Counted from the first letter of the stretch, positions 7,940-19,981 are shown. The stretch is DNA of 30,005 nt from Candidatus Hadarchaeales archaeon (GCA_038851565.1 JAWCKV010000007.1:1-30005); one strand, 5' to 3'. Notes: a model not told the origin generated them from the letters alone. Numbers and translations: made by a program.

Positions 7940-9325
7940 ATGGAGCCTTTCCTCGCCCGTGTGCTGAGTCGGATCAAGCCCACCCCGGCTGAGAGGAGGA
8001 GGGCCGCCGCTGTAGCGGATGATGTGGTTGAGAGGGTGAACAGAAAGTGCGCAGAGCTCGGGGTGAATGCTGAGGCAATGCTGTTGGGTTCGATCGCGAG
8101 GGGAACATGGCTGAGGGACGAGAAGGACATCGACGTCTTCATACTCTTTCCGGAGCACCTCTCGAGGGAGGAACTGGAGAAGCAGGGGATGGGCGTCGCG
8201 AAGGCCGTGGCGGGAAGGTCCGGAGTGGAGAGGTACGCGGAGCATCCCTACGTGAGCATGAGGCACAGGGGCTTCGACGTCGACCTCGTCCCATGCTACG
8301 ACGTCAAGGATCCGGGGAGGATAAAGAGCGCGGTTGACAGGACTCCCCATCATCAGCGCTACATCCAGGCAAGGTTGACCGGGTCCATGGTAGACGAGAT
8401 ACTGCTCACAAAGGCATTCATGCGCGGCATAGGGGTCTATGGCGCCGAGCTCAGGATCCAGGGATTCTCAGGGTACCTGTGTGAACTCCTCACGCTGCAC
8501 TACGGATCCTTCAGGAGCCTGGTGGAAGCCGGGAGCGGCTGGGGGCCGGAGACCGTGATAGACCCAGAGAAGAGGTATGCGGATCAGTCAGAGCCCAGGC
8601 TGATGTTCAGAGGGAGCCCGCTGATAGTCATCGACCCCACTGACCAGAATCGCAACGTGGCAGCAGCGGTCTCCATGCAGAGCTTTGCCACGTTTGTGAG
8701 GGCATGCCAGGACTTTCTGAGGGTGCCCGGGGAGAGATTCTTCTTCCCGAAAAAGGCCGCGCTCATGGGCCGCTCGCGCATCCTGAGGGTTGTCAGGGAG
8801 AGGGGCACTAAGCTCATCTTCCTCGTCTTCAGGTCTCCAGAAGTCGTCCCGGATGTTCTCTACCCCCAGCTCAGGAGGACAGAGAGGGCGATACTCAACA
8901 GGCTTGCCCAGGAGGGATACCAGGTGGTGAGGAGCGACGTGTGGGCGAATTCGAGGGCTGTGCTTGTGTTCGAGCTCACGGACCTCAGGCTTCCGAGGAT
9001 GAGGACGAGGGTCGGCCCGCCGGTGCCATATCCCGGGGAGGAATTCGTGAAGGAGCACATGGGGTCAAAGAACAGGCTGGCCGGGCCGTTCGTGGACCGG
9101 GCCGGCAGGCTGGTTTTTGAGATGAAGAGGGAAGAGGGCGACGCGATTCGGGCGATACGGAGCGCAGTAGCCGATTCGAGAAGCCTCGGCAGGAACATCG
9201 CAAGGAGCATTCAGGAGGGATATGAGATACTTGATGAGAGGTCATCAGGGAGGCTGCTGAGGGAGAAGGGTTTCAGGGAGTTCATCTCGGAGTACCTCAC
9301 CAGGTGCCTTCCGTGGTACAGGTGA
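7940..9325 (+). CDS. cca: CCA-adding tRNA nucleotidyltransferase, archaeal class I
   Basis: GSIARGTWL..KDIDVF, YAEHPY, VDLVPCY, SAVDRTPHH, GVYGAE..GFSGYLCELL; ATG 7940 with GGTGA upstream. Confidence 0.96.
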   Translation: MEPFLARVLSRIKPTPAERRRAAAVADDVVERVNRKCAELGVNAEAMLLGSIARGTWLRDEKDIDVFILFPEHLSREELEKQGMGVAKAVAGRSGVERYAEHPYVSMRHRGFDVDLVPCYDVKDPGRIKSAVDRTPHHQRYIQARLTGSMVDEILLTKAFMRGIGVYGAELRIQGFSGYLCELLTLHYGSFRSLVEAGSGWGPETVIDPEKRYADQSEPRLMFRGSPLIVIDPTDQNRNVAAAVSMQSFATFVRACQDFLRVPGERFFFPKKAALMGRSRILRVVRERGTKLIFLVFRSPEVVPDVLYPQLRRTERAILNRLAQEGYQVVRSDVWANSRAVLVFELTDLRLPRMRTRVGPPVPYPGEEFVKEHMGSKNRLAGPFVDRAGRLVFEMKREEGDAIRAIRSAVADSRSLGRNIARSIQEGYEILDERSSGRLLREKGFREFISEYLTRCLPWYR

Positions 9326-9327
9326 GG

Positions 9328-9879
9328 TCAGAGCATCGTTTCAGCAACAGTGGTGTAGATGGGCCCACGTGGCGTGAGCGTGCTCTGCTTCAGCACGACG
9401 GATCTAACCTCCGTGCTTCCAAAGTCCATGCCTGACATTGACCTCACCTCCGCAGCCAGCCTCTCCTTTCCCCTGGGAGATCTCACCCTCGCCAGGGTGA
9501 TGTGGGGCACGAAATCCCTCTCCCGCTCAAATCCAAGCGCTTGCAGCTCCGCGTCCAGAGACCTCTGAATCTCAACTATCCTCTCAGATCCCGTGCCGAC
9601 CCCTGCCCAGATCACCCGCACGTGCCTGAGATCCGGAAAAACTCCGATCCCCCTCACTCCTGCCGGGAAGATCCCCCTTCCGGAGGCCGAGCGATCGATG
9701 GCCGCAGATATGTCGCCTATCCTCTCCTCGCTCACCTCCCCCAGGAACTTGAGCGTGAGATGTATGTTCTCTGGCTCCACGGGCTTGATGTCCGCGCCGG
9801 TGGCCTTCAGCCTCTCCTGTGCCCTCACAAGCTCCCTTCTCACGTCGTCGCTGACCTCGATCGCTATGAAGAGCCTCAA
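9328..9879 (-). CDS. thpR: RNA 2',3'-cyclic phosphodiesterase / 2'-5' RNA ligase (2H phosphoesterase)
   Basis: MRLFIAI, two HxT motifs (HLTLKFLG, PHITLAR), STLTPRGPIY. Confidence 0.95.
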   Translation of the reverse strand: MRLFIAIEVSDDVRRELVRAQERLKATGADIKPVEPENIHLTLKFLGEVSEERIGDISAAIDRSASGRGIFPAGVRGIGVFPDLRHVRVIWAGVGTGSERIVEIQRSLDAELQALGFERERDFVPHITLARVRSPRGKERLAAEVRSMSGMDFGSTEVRSVVLKQSTLTPRGPIYTTVAETML

Positions 9880-10580
9880 CCTCTCACCTCGAATCTCACA
9901 GCTCTCGGGAGATCGCGCACGCTTTCTATAACGGCATCAGGACCATATTTCTCCAGCAGTTCCCTGCGCATCTTGCCGGTGAGCACCGCCACGGTTCTGG
10001 CTCCTATTGCCCTGCCGTCCCTTATGTCGTTCCAGTAATCCCCGACCACCACGAGCTCGGCAGGAGGCATCCCGAGCCTCTCAGCAGCCAGCCTCATGAT
10101 CTCGACCTTGGAAAAATGATGTCCCCGCTCCAGCTCCCCCACGACATCGTGTGCGGTGGCGATCGCCCTCACATAACCTCCTACCCCGAGCCTGTTCAGC
10201 TCTTCCCTCAGCCTCTCAGCCGGAACTATGCAGCTGGTCATTACGGCGATCGGCACCCCTCTGGAGTGCAGATCCTCAAGGACCTCCTTAACACCAGGGA
10301 TCAGGACGGACTTAGGATCCTCCTCCCTGTATCTCCTCAGGAACTCCATCCAGAATGAGTGCAGCTCGGCCTCCCTGTCGGCAGCGCCGGGAGGGGCAAC
10401 GAGATCGTCAAGCTCATCTGCCAGATACGCCCTCCAGAACTCCTCCCTGCCAAGGTTTTTCCCCCTCTTCTCCGCCAGCATGCGGCTGAAGAGCTCAAAG
10501 TACCTCTCGAGGGTGTCCACGAGCGTGCAGTCAAGGTCGAACATCACCCCTCTCGCCCTTATCAAGCGTTCACCACCCAA
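9876..10580 (-). CDS. HAD-superfamily hydrolase (phosphoglycolate-phosphatase-like)
   Basis: FDLDCTLVD motif I, VMTS motif II, VVGDYWND motif IV; 4-bp overlap with thpR start. Confidence 0.88.
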   Translation of the reverse strand: MGGERLIRARGVMFDLDCTLVDTLERYFELFSRMLAEKRGKNLGREEFWRAYLADELDDLVAPPGAADREAELHSFWMEFLRRYREEDPKSVLIPGVKEVLEDLHSRGVPIAVMTSCIVPAERLREELNRLGVGGYVRAIATAHDVVGELERGHHFSKVEIMRLAAERLGMPPAELVVVGDYWNDIRDGRAIGARTVAVLTGKMRRELLEKYGPDAVIESVRDLPRAVRFEVRG

Positions 10581-10635
10581 ACTTCCTCAGGACATTATTT
10601 AATAGCGCCGGGATAATGGTAACGAGGGATCTGGG

Positions 10636-11286
10636 TTGAAGGCCATCTGTCTCCTCTCGGGCGGTCCGGACAGCGCGGTCGCCGCGGCCCTGGCAAGGAG
10701 AGAGGGATATGAGATATACTGCCTTTCGTTCGACTACGGGCAGAGGGCAAGAAGGGAGCTGGAGAGCGCGAGGAAGATCGCAAGGTCTCTCGGCGCGAGG
10801 GAGCACAGGATAGTGGACCTCTCCTCCATGAAGGAGATCCTGGGGAGAGGGGTGACCCCCCTCGTGGATGGAAGGATGGGCATGCCGGAAAAGTTTGAGA
10901 AGAGCCTGATAGTGCCCTTCAGGAACGGGATCATGCTTGCGGTGGCAGCCGGGCATGCCGTCGCGATTGGAGCCAGCGCGGTGTTCTACGGAGCTCAGGG
11001 GGACGATGCTGCTTTCTACCCTGACTGCAGGGATAGCTTCGCGAGGGCCATGGAGAAGGCGATTGGGGAGGGAACTGGAGAGAAGATAAAGGTTGTGAAT
11101 CCGCTGGTGAGGATGAAAAAGTCCCAGGTGATAAGGCTCGCTGACGAGCTGGGCGTGCCGCTGGAGGAAACATGGAGCTGCTATCTGGACGGAAGGCTGC
11201 ACTGCGGGAGGTGCGAGTCCTGCAGGAACAGGAAGAGGGCATTTGAGGAGGCCGGCATCAGGGATCCCACAAAATATCTGGAGTGA
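10636..11286 (+). CDS. queC: 7-cyano-7-deazaguanine synthase QueC
   Basis: LSGGPDS PP-loop, FDYGQR, VPFRN, YPDCR, TWSCY..HCGRCESC. Confidence 0.95.
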   Translation: MKAICLLSGGPDSAVAAALARREGYEIYCLSFDYGQRARRELESARKIARSLGAREHRIVDLSSMKEILGRGVTPLVDGRMGMPEKFEKSLIVPFRNGIMLAVAAGHAVAIGASAVFYGAQGDDAAFYPDCRDSFARAMEKAIGEGTGEKIKVVNPLVRMKKSQVIRLADELGVPLEETWSCYLDGRLHCGRCESCRNRKRAFEEAGIRDPTKYLE

Positions 11287-11373
11287 CCTCTTTGTCCAAA
11301 GGAGGATCGCGTGCGCATGCCCTAACCTCCTTGGACGGGGAAGTGATGCGCCACCGGCGGCGGTTGAGGCCGG

Positions 11374-12012
11374 CTATCCCACGAGGTTGGTGACCTCTCT
11401 CCTCCATCTGCACCACTCACAGTCATCCGATGAGGGAGGAGGCTCCTTCATGTCAATTATCTTCCTCGCCAGGCCAAGGATACCCGGAATTCTTTCAGGC
11501 TCAACCCTCACGTAAACCGGCTTTATGTCAAAGGGGATCCTCCCGTCGGCGATGTCGCCGTTAACCGGCATAAAGTGCAGGAGCACTCCCTTGGAAACCG
11601 GGGCGAGGCCGTTTTTCTCGAGAAGGTAGGCATAGCCGTCCAGCTGCAGCTTGTAGTTCTCGTTGACCTCCTCTTTCGGAGATGAGACCTTGTAGTCCAC
11701 CACCACGTAGCTCCCATCCTTCTCCCTCAGAAACGCGTCAAGCCTGCCCTTCAGGACCAGGCCGCTCTCCGGATCCCTCGCGGATAAACTTCTGGGCCCA
11801 AGGAATGTTCCTTTCACCGGAAACCACGAGGGGAGCTCGTCCCTGTTCATGAACCTCTCCATGAAGCTCTTGATCACAGAGTCCATCCTGTTCAGTATCG
11901 CCGGGAGGGGATAGCTCGGCGGATCGAGCCTGTTCCTGCTGAGCCAGTAGCAGAGAGGACAGCCCCGGACCTCTGCGAGCTCAGTCACCGATATCTCTAT
12001 GTTCTCGGCCGT
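11374..12012 (-). CDS. PD-(D/E)XK nuclease, Cas4/AddB-like (solo)
   Basis: CPLCYWL, GRLDAFL..VVDYK, QLDGY, C-terminal CEWC. Start uncertain: GTG 11988 or ACG 12012. Confidence 0.82.
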   Translation of the reverse strand, partial: TAENIEISVTELAEVRGCPLCYWLSRNRLDPPSYPLPAILNRMDSVIKSFMERFMNRDELPSWFPVKGTFLGPRSLSARDPESGLVLKGRLDAFLREKDGSYVVVDYKVSSPKEEVNENYKLQLDGYAYLLEKNGLAPVSKGVLLHFMPVNGDIADGRIPFDIKPVYVRVEPERIPGILGLARKIIDMKEPPPSSDDCEWCRWRREVTNLVG

Positions 12013-12113
12013 GTTACTCCCATCAAACTTTTCCCCGCAGATTTAAGAATATGGCCGCCCACCCGCGCATTTCTCCCTATATATGATGCCCCCTCGCAAC
12101 CGGAGAGCGGGCG

Positions 12114-12431
12114 GTGGTCCTCGTCCACTATCAGACCATGGAGGAGGTTGGTCCGGGGGAGCTTCGGACGCTGAGGGGGCTGGTGAAACATCTCAGAAGA
12201 TTCGGAGTTAACATGAGGCTGTGGAGGAAGTCAGACCTGCTCTGCGGGCTCAGGCCAGCTGGCGCGCGGTGGGGCCACGTAAGGGCGAGGTGCGAGGAGG
12301 AGATACGCAGGACCATAGCCGCGATATCCTTGTTATCGAGGGCGCTCCCGGGGATAACTTGGAGCGTCTACGTCGAGGGCAACGGTGGAGAGCTCATGCT
12401 GAGGAACGGAAGGTGCGTGGCTCTGCGGTAA
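12114..12431 (+). CDS. Hypothetical protein, 105 aa
   Basis: Fills the gap; TATATA at about 12078 and GGAGAG upstream; host-like codons; no family recognised. Confidence 0.6.
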   Translation: MVLVHYQTMEEVGPGELRTLRGLVKHLRRFGVNMRLWRKSDLLCGLRPAGARWGHVRARCEEEIRRTIAAISLLSRALPGITWSVYVEGNGGELMLRNGRCVALR

Positions 12432-12467
12432 GGTTAAAACCGCTCCAAAATAGTGAATCTGAGGTCC

Positions 12468-13496
12468 ATGAGGCTCACACCCGAGGAGGAGAGGCGCATA
12501 ATATCCAGGCTCCTCATCGCCGCGGGCGCGAACGAGGAGGAGGCCAAGACCGTGGCGGATGTGCTGACTGAGGGCGATCTGCGGGGCCTTTCGTCACACG
12601 GGATTCTCCGCCTTCCGTACATCCTGAGGGCGATGAGGCGGGGCACGATCATCGGGAACGCCAAACTCAGGATAGTGAGGGAAACTCCAGGGACCGCACT
12701 GATCGACGGGGGCCACGGACTCGGACACTACGTCGCGAGGAGGGGAATGGAGATCGCGATCGAGAAGGCAAAGGGGCAGGGTATAGGGGCGGTTGGCATC
12801 TTCAACACCAACCACTTCGGCATTGCTGGGTACTATGCCGAGATGGCGATTAGGGAGGGCCTGGTGGGCATGGTGGCGACAACCACCGATGCCCTCGTAC
12901 ACCCCTGGGGAGGCGTTGAGCCGCTTCTGGGAACAAACGCTCTTGCGATAGGCCTCCCCACCGATCCTCCGGTTCTGCTCGACATGGCGATGAGCGTAGC
13001 CGCCAGGGGAAAGCTAGTGGACGCTGCAAGGAGAGGACAGAAGATACCTGAGGGATGGGCGATAGATTCAGAGGGGAGGATGACCACGGACCCCGAGAGG
13101 GCGCTCAAGGGTGCGCTCAGTCCGTTTGGAGGCGCCAAGGGGTACGCTCTGGCGTTTGTTCTCGAGCTCCTGGCCGGGCCCCTGGTTGGTGCAGCTGCGG
13201 GGAGGGATGTCGTTGGCACGCTGGAGCCGGTGGAGGGATTCTCTACCAAGGGGGACCTCATGATAGCAATAGATGCTTCGGCGTTCGTCCCCCTGGAGGA
13301 GTTCCGCTCCCGGGCAAGGAAGTTCATAGACGAGGTGAAGGGATCGAAAAAGGCACCGGGTGTGCAGGAGATCATGATTCCAGGGGAGCCCGAGATGAGG
13401 ACAAGGGAGAAGAACATGCGTGAGGGCGTGGAGATTGCGGACGCAGTGTGGGCAGAGCTGAGGGAGATCGCGGGCGGGCTTGGCGTCAGGCTTTGA
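12468..13496 (+). CDS. Ldh_2 family NAD(P)-dependent dehydrogenase (malate/L-lactate/sulfolactate, ComC-like)
   Basis: DLRGLSSHG, NHFGIAGYYA, LGTNA, LDMA, PFGGAKGYAL, TKGDL, PGEPE; ATG 12468 with GAGGT upstream. Confidence 0.9.
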   Translation: MRLTPEEERRIISRLLIAAGANEEEAKTVADVLTEGDLRGLSSHGILRLPYILRAMRRGTIIGNAKLRIVRETPGTALIDGGHGLGHYVARRGMEIAIEKAKGQGIGAVGIFNTNHFGIAGYYAEMAIREGLVGMVATTTDALVHPWGGVEPLLGTNALAIGLPTDPPVLLDMAMSVAARGKLVDAARRGQKIPEGWAIDSEGRMTTDPERALKGALSPFGGAKGYALAFVLELLAGPLVGAAAGRDVVGTLEPVEGFSTKGDLMIAIDASAFVPLEEFRSRARKFIDEVKGSKKAPGVQEIMIPGEPEMRTREKNMREGVEIADAVWAELREIAGGLGVRL

Positions 13497-14064
13497 GATT
13501 CCACGGTTTCCTCAGATATGAGATCAGTCCCCTCGGGAGCAGGGGCTTGTCACCGACCAGCGGATATGCGTAGGGCAGCACGACTGAATGTCCCGGCCCG
13601 AGTTCCACCTCAACGCCCACCTTGACCGGTATGTCCTCCAGCCGTTTTCCCTCCCACACCAGCTTCGCCACGTACGCCGCCCCGTCAATGGAGAACTGAT
13701 GCGGTCCAATGTTCCTGACCGCAGCGCCCTTGGCCAGCCTCGTCAACATCATGCCGGTTCTGCCCTGCGGCGGATCATCCCCAAGTATTCCTCCGATGAC
13801 CACCGCCCGTTTTTGCTCCAGATCGCGAAAATCTAGCTCCATCTCGGCGAGGGGATCTAGGATCACAAGATCGCGCGGCCTGAAAGCCCTGAAAGCGCGC
13901 TCCCTCCTCACCTTTGCTATTGTGCTCAGCCGGGCCCTCTCCCCCGGGCTCCGCACATTTGTTATCAGGAGGTTCTCGCGTCCCACAATCCTGGAGGCGC
14001 TGGAGTATTCCATCAGAAGCCAATCGCTCAGCCTGGGCTCGAGGTGCTCTATCACGAAGAGCAA
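13486..14064 (-). CDS. SFM1-like SPOUT-family SAM-dependent methyltransferase
   Basis: VIEHLE, WLLMEY, ILDP.A, IGGILGDDPPQGRT, RNIGPHQFSIDGA, LPYAYP motifs. Confidence 0.85.
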   Translation of the reverse strand: MLFVIEHLEPRLSDWLLMEYSSASRIVGRENLLITNVRSPGERARLSTIAKVRRERAFRAFRPRDLVILDPLAEMELDFRDLEQKRAVVIGGILGDDPPQGRTGMMLTRLAKGAAVRNIGPHQFSIDGAAYVAKLVWEGKRLEDIPVKVGVEVELGPGHSVVLPYAYPLVGDKPLLPRGLISYLRKPWNLKA

Positions 14065-14070
14065 TCAGTT

Positions 14071-15399
14071 TCACCTCAGCTTCCTCATCAGGGCATCAGC
14101 TGCCACCTGAAGCGGGCTCAGGACATCTGTGGCCCACGGCATATAGCAGTGCTCCATTTCTCTGAGTTCCTCCGGACCAGCCCTCCTCACGATGGCAAAG
14201 GAGAGGAGGTCGATCATCTCCGCCACCCCGGATCTTCCGATTACCTGCCCTCCCACCAAATTCCCTCTGCCCGCCTCCGCTGTGAGTTTCACCATGACGC
14301 TGGCCGAGCCGGGCACATAGGAGGGCCTGTCCGCGACCCTTATCCTCGTGGAGACAGTTTTGATGGATCTCTGCTCGGCGGCCGAGGAAGTGAACCCTGT
14401 GGAGCCTATGAGGATGCTGTCGGCCCTTATGAGCGTGGAGTTCAGCACGCCGCCGAAGGTTGCCTTCCCCCCAGCCGCGTTGATTCCGGCCACCCTCCCC
14501 ATGCCGGCCGCGGTGCTCGCCAAGAAAGATGTGGTTGGCTCACCGGTCACCGCGTTCACGGTCTCCGCGCACTCGCCCGCTGCGAAGACGTCATGGGCGC
14601 TGGTCCGCATCCTTTTATCAACCCTGATGCCACCCGTCCTTCCTATCTTTATCCCGGAATCCCTGGCAAGCTCGGAGTTTGGCACCACACCGACTGCCAT
14701 TATCACGATTTCCGCGGGATGCTCTCTCTCGCCCGAGATCACGGCACGCACAGAGCGCTCTCCCCTGATCTCTGAGACCCTGCTCCCGCACGCAACCTCA
14801 ACACCTGCCTCCTCCAGCCTATTCTCCACGACCTCAGCCATGTCCTCGTCGAGAACCGTGGGGAGCACATATGGCATCTGTTCAAAAAGCACAACCTGGA
14901 GCCCCCTCCTGCGGAGGGAAAGCGCGACCTCCACCCCTATGGCACCTCCGCCTATCACGGCTGCCCTCCTTGCCCCCGAAACGCCTTTCAGGATTGCCTC
15001 GCAGTCCTCTATTGTCCTGACGGTATGGACTCCATCCAGATCGCTCCCCGGTATCCTGAGCCTCACAGGGATGCCCCCTGTTGCCAGTATGAGCGAGTCG
15101 TACGGAATCTCCCTCTCCCTGCCGCTCTCCTGCTCCCTGAGCCTCAGTACCCTCGAGCCTGTGTCTATGCCGGTTGTCTCGGCTCCACAGATGATTTCAA
15201 CGCCCGGTGGGGGGGACCCGTGCACGAGGTCCCTGGGCTTTACGACCCCCTCGATCGCCAGGGGAATGCCGCACGGATGGTAAAGGCCGTAAGGTCTCCT
15301 CTCAACTATGGTGACCTCAGCCCCTCTGCAGGTCATCCTGGCAAAGGAAGCTGCGGTGAAACCCGCGCTCTGGCTTCCCACTACCACTATCCGGGTCAA
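14071..15399 (-). CDS. FAD-dependent pyridine nucleotide-disulfide oxidoreductase (NADH oxidase/CoA-disulfide reductase type)
   Basis: Redox Cys in YHPCGIP, ILATGG, VIGGGAIGVE, FAAGEC; TTG 15399 overlaps the pgk stop. Confidence 0.9.
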   Translation of the reverse strand: MTRIVVVGSQSAGFTAASFARMTCRGAEVTIVERRPYGLYHPCGIPLAIEGVVKPRDLVHGSPPPGVEIICGAETTGIDTGSRVLRLREQESGREREIPYDSLILATGGIPVRLRIPGSDLDGVHTVRTIEDCEAILKGVSGARRAAVIGGGAIGVEVALSLRRRGLQVVLFEQMPYVLPTVLDEDMAEVVENRLEEAGVEVACGSRVSEIRGERSVRAVISGEREHPAEIVIMAVGVVPNSELARDSGIKIGRTGGIRVDKRMRTSAHDVFAAGECAETVNAVTGEPTTSFLASTAAGMGRVAGINAAGGKATFGGVLNSTLIRADSILIGSTGFTSSAAEQRSIKTVSTRIRVADRPSYVPGSASVMVKLTAEAGRGNLVGGQVIGRSGVAEMIDLLSFAIVRRAGPEELREMEHCYMPWATDVLSPLQVAADALMRKLR

Positions 15400-16607
15400 G
15401 AGCGAACCTTCGTGAGCATTTCCACTACTGGAAGCTTTTCGCCCGAGAGGAAGCTTATGCACGCGCCTCCTCCGGTGCTGACGTGTCCCATCCTTTCCGC
15501 AAGGCCCGATGCCTCAGCCGCTGCCACCATGTGTCCCCCTCCCACAACCGTGAAGGCACCGGATCTAGCCATGGCCTCCAGCACCCCGAAAGTCCCCCTC
15601 TCGTATCCCTTCTTCTCAAAAACCCCGAGGGGACCGTTTGCGACCACGGTCCTGGCCCCGGCGATTATCTCTGAATATCTACTCACGGTCCTGCTGCCGA
15701 TGTCCTGGACCAGATGCTGAGTGGGAAGATCATCAACCGAGATCTCGGAGGGCGTGCCGTCTCTGTTCACCACCACGTCAACTGGGGTCACTATCCTGTC
15801 CCCGTACTGCGAGAGGAGTTTTTTCGCCCTGTCGATCTCCTTGTCGAATCCCTTATCCGCGAGCACCTTCATGTTGTTCTCCCCTATGTTGACCCCCTTC
15901 GCTGCGAGAAAGGCCTGTGAGAGGAGTCCGCCGGTGAGCACCTTGTCGGCGATCCCCCTGCCCAGTATGTTCTCGATCATAACCATCGAGTCCTTTGCCT
16001 TCCCCCCGCCAAGCACGTACACGCATGGCCTCTCCGGGTTGAGCGCCCTTCCCAGTCCCCTCAGCTCCCTCTCCATCAGGCGGCCCGCATAGGTCGGCAG
16101 GACGGCGCCAAAGCCGACCAGTGAGGGCTGATCCCTGTGGGCAGCACCAAATGCATCGTTCACGAAGATGTCTGCCACGCTGGATAGCTTCTTCACCAGA
16201 AAGGTCTTCGCCATTTCCTCGGGGCTGCCCTTCAGCGATTCCTCAGCGCAGAACCTCACGTTCTCGAGGAGCAACACCTCTCCAGGTTTGAGCGACCTTA
16301 TGGCGGAGAGGGCGGATGGTCCGAATACGTCCTCCACGTACTTCACGTCAAGTCCCGTGGCCTCCCTCATCTTCTTCGCGTGTTTTTCTAGGGTGGTGAA
16401 GTCCTCGTCTCCAGGTCTCCCCTGGTGGGCGAGTATCACGACCTTCGCGCCCTTTGACGCCAGCTCCCTTATCGTCGGGGCGCATTCCCTGATCCTCTTG
16501 TCGTCCAGTATCTCGCCCGTTGATGGATCTATGGGCGAGTTGATGTCCACCCTGAGCAGAACGGTCTTTCCCTTAACATCAACGTCGTCGAGCGTCGGGA
16601 ATCTCAT
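15396..16607 (-). CDS. pgk: Phosphoglycerate kinase (archaeal type)
   Basis: LRVDINSP, AHQGRPG, LLENVRF, NDAFGAAHR, STGGGA. Confidence 0.97.
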   Translation of the reverse strand: MRFPTLDDVDVKGKTVLLRVDINSPIDPSTGEILDDKRIRECAPTIRELASKGAKVVILAHQGRPGDEDFTTLEKHAKKMREATGLDVKYVEDVFGPSALSAIRSLKPGEVLLLENVRFCAEESLKGSPEEMAKTFLVKKLSSVADIFVNDAFGAAHRDQPSLVGFGAVLPTYAGRLMERELRGLGRALNPERPCVYVLGGGKAKDSMVMIENILGRGIADKVLTGGLLSQAFLAAKGVNIGENNMKVLADKGFDKEIDRAKKLLSQYGDRIVTPVDVVVNRDGTPSEISVDDLPTQHLVQDIGSRTVSRYSEIIAGARTVVANGPLGVFEKKGYERGTFGVLEAMARSGAFTVVGGGHMVAAAEASGLAERMGHVSTGGGACISFLSGEKLPVVEMLTKVRS

Positions 16608-16617
16608 TTCATCCCCT

Positions 16618-17658
<1,041 letters not shown>

Positions 17659-17752
17659 TTAAGTCTTTTGGGCTTACAGTTTTGTTCCATTTTTAATACG
17701 CGTCACTTAATTGAGAAGGTATAAAAACAGGGACAGGGGAATGGAAGAAGGG

Positions 17753-18411
17753 ATGTGGATGAACACGGAGGGAATCATGGCATTGATGGTTCTTGCAAGG
17801 GAAGGGGGTCGGGGCGGGGAGGTGTCGCTTTCCCTTGGTCAGCTCGCGAAGCACCTTGGCGTCTCTAAGCAGACCGCCTCCCGGAGGCTTGAGGAGCTGG
17901 AGAGGGAGAGGATGATCACCAGAAAAACAGGCCCGAAGGGGCAGGTCATCAGGATCTCTTCAACTGGAATGGCAGCCCTTCGTGGGCTTTACAGGGAACT
18001 TGAGAAGATCCTGGAGGCTGAAACGCGTCCGATTGAGCTATCCGGAACTGTGATAACTGGACTGGGGGAGGGAGGGTATTACCTCTCCCGGGAGGGGTAC
18101 GCAAAACAGCTGGAGGAGAAGCTGGGCTTCAGGCCATATCCGGGCACCCTGGACATAAAGCTGGATGAAAAATCGCTTCACATGAGAGAAGTCCTGCTCC
18201 GAATGCCCATGGGTGAGGTCAAGGGATTCAGGACCAAGGAAAGGGAGTTCGGCCCGGTGAGGTTCGTCAAGGCAAAGATAGATGGAAGAGATGCTGCCAT
18301 CCTGTTTCCAGAGCGAACACACCATTCCGATGTGATAGAGGTGATAGCTCAGGTGAACCTTAGAAGGGCCCTGGGGCTGGAGGACGGATCGCGCGTGAAG
18401 GTGGTGGTGGG

Positions 18412-18415
<4 letters not shown>
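17753..18415 (+). CDS. ribK: CTP-dependent riboflavin kinase with N-terminal winged HTH (RbkR-type)
   Basis: HTH LAKHLGVSKQTASRRL; kinase motifs GLGEGGYY, PYPGTL, PERTHH, IEVIA. Start at 17741, 17753 or 17759; TATAAAAA at 17720. Confidence 0.92.

Positions 18416-19981
<1,566 letters not shown>

Noticed and set aside
10636..12012. queC plus nuclease as a Qat-type or 7-deazaguanine DNA-modification defence system
   Set aside because: QueC is canonical in size and motifs, consistent with archaeosine synthesis; the genes are convergent; no ATPase, TatD or DpdA partner is present.
11374..12012. CRISPR-Cas locus
   Set aside because: No repeat-spacer array or other cas genes anywhere in the window.
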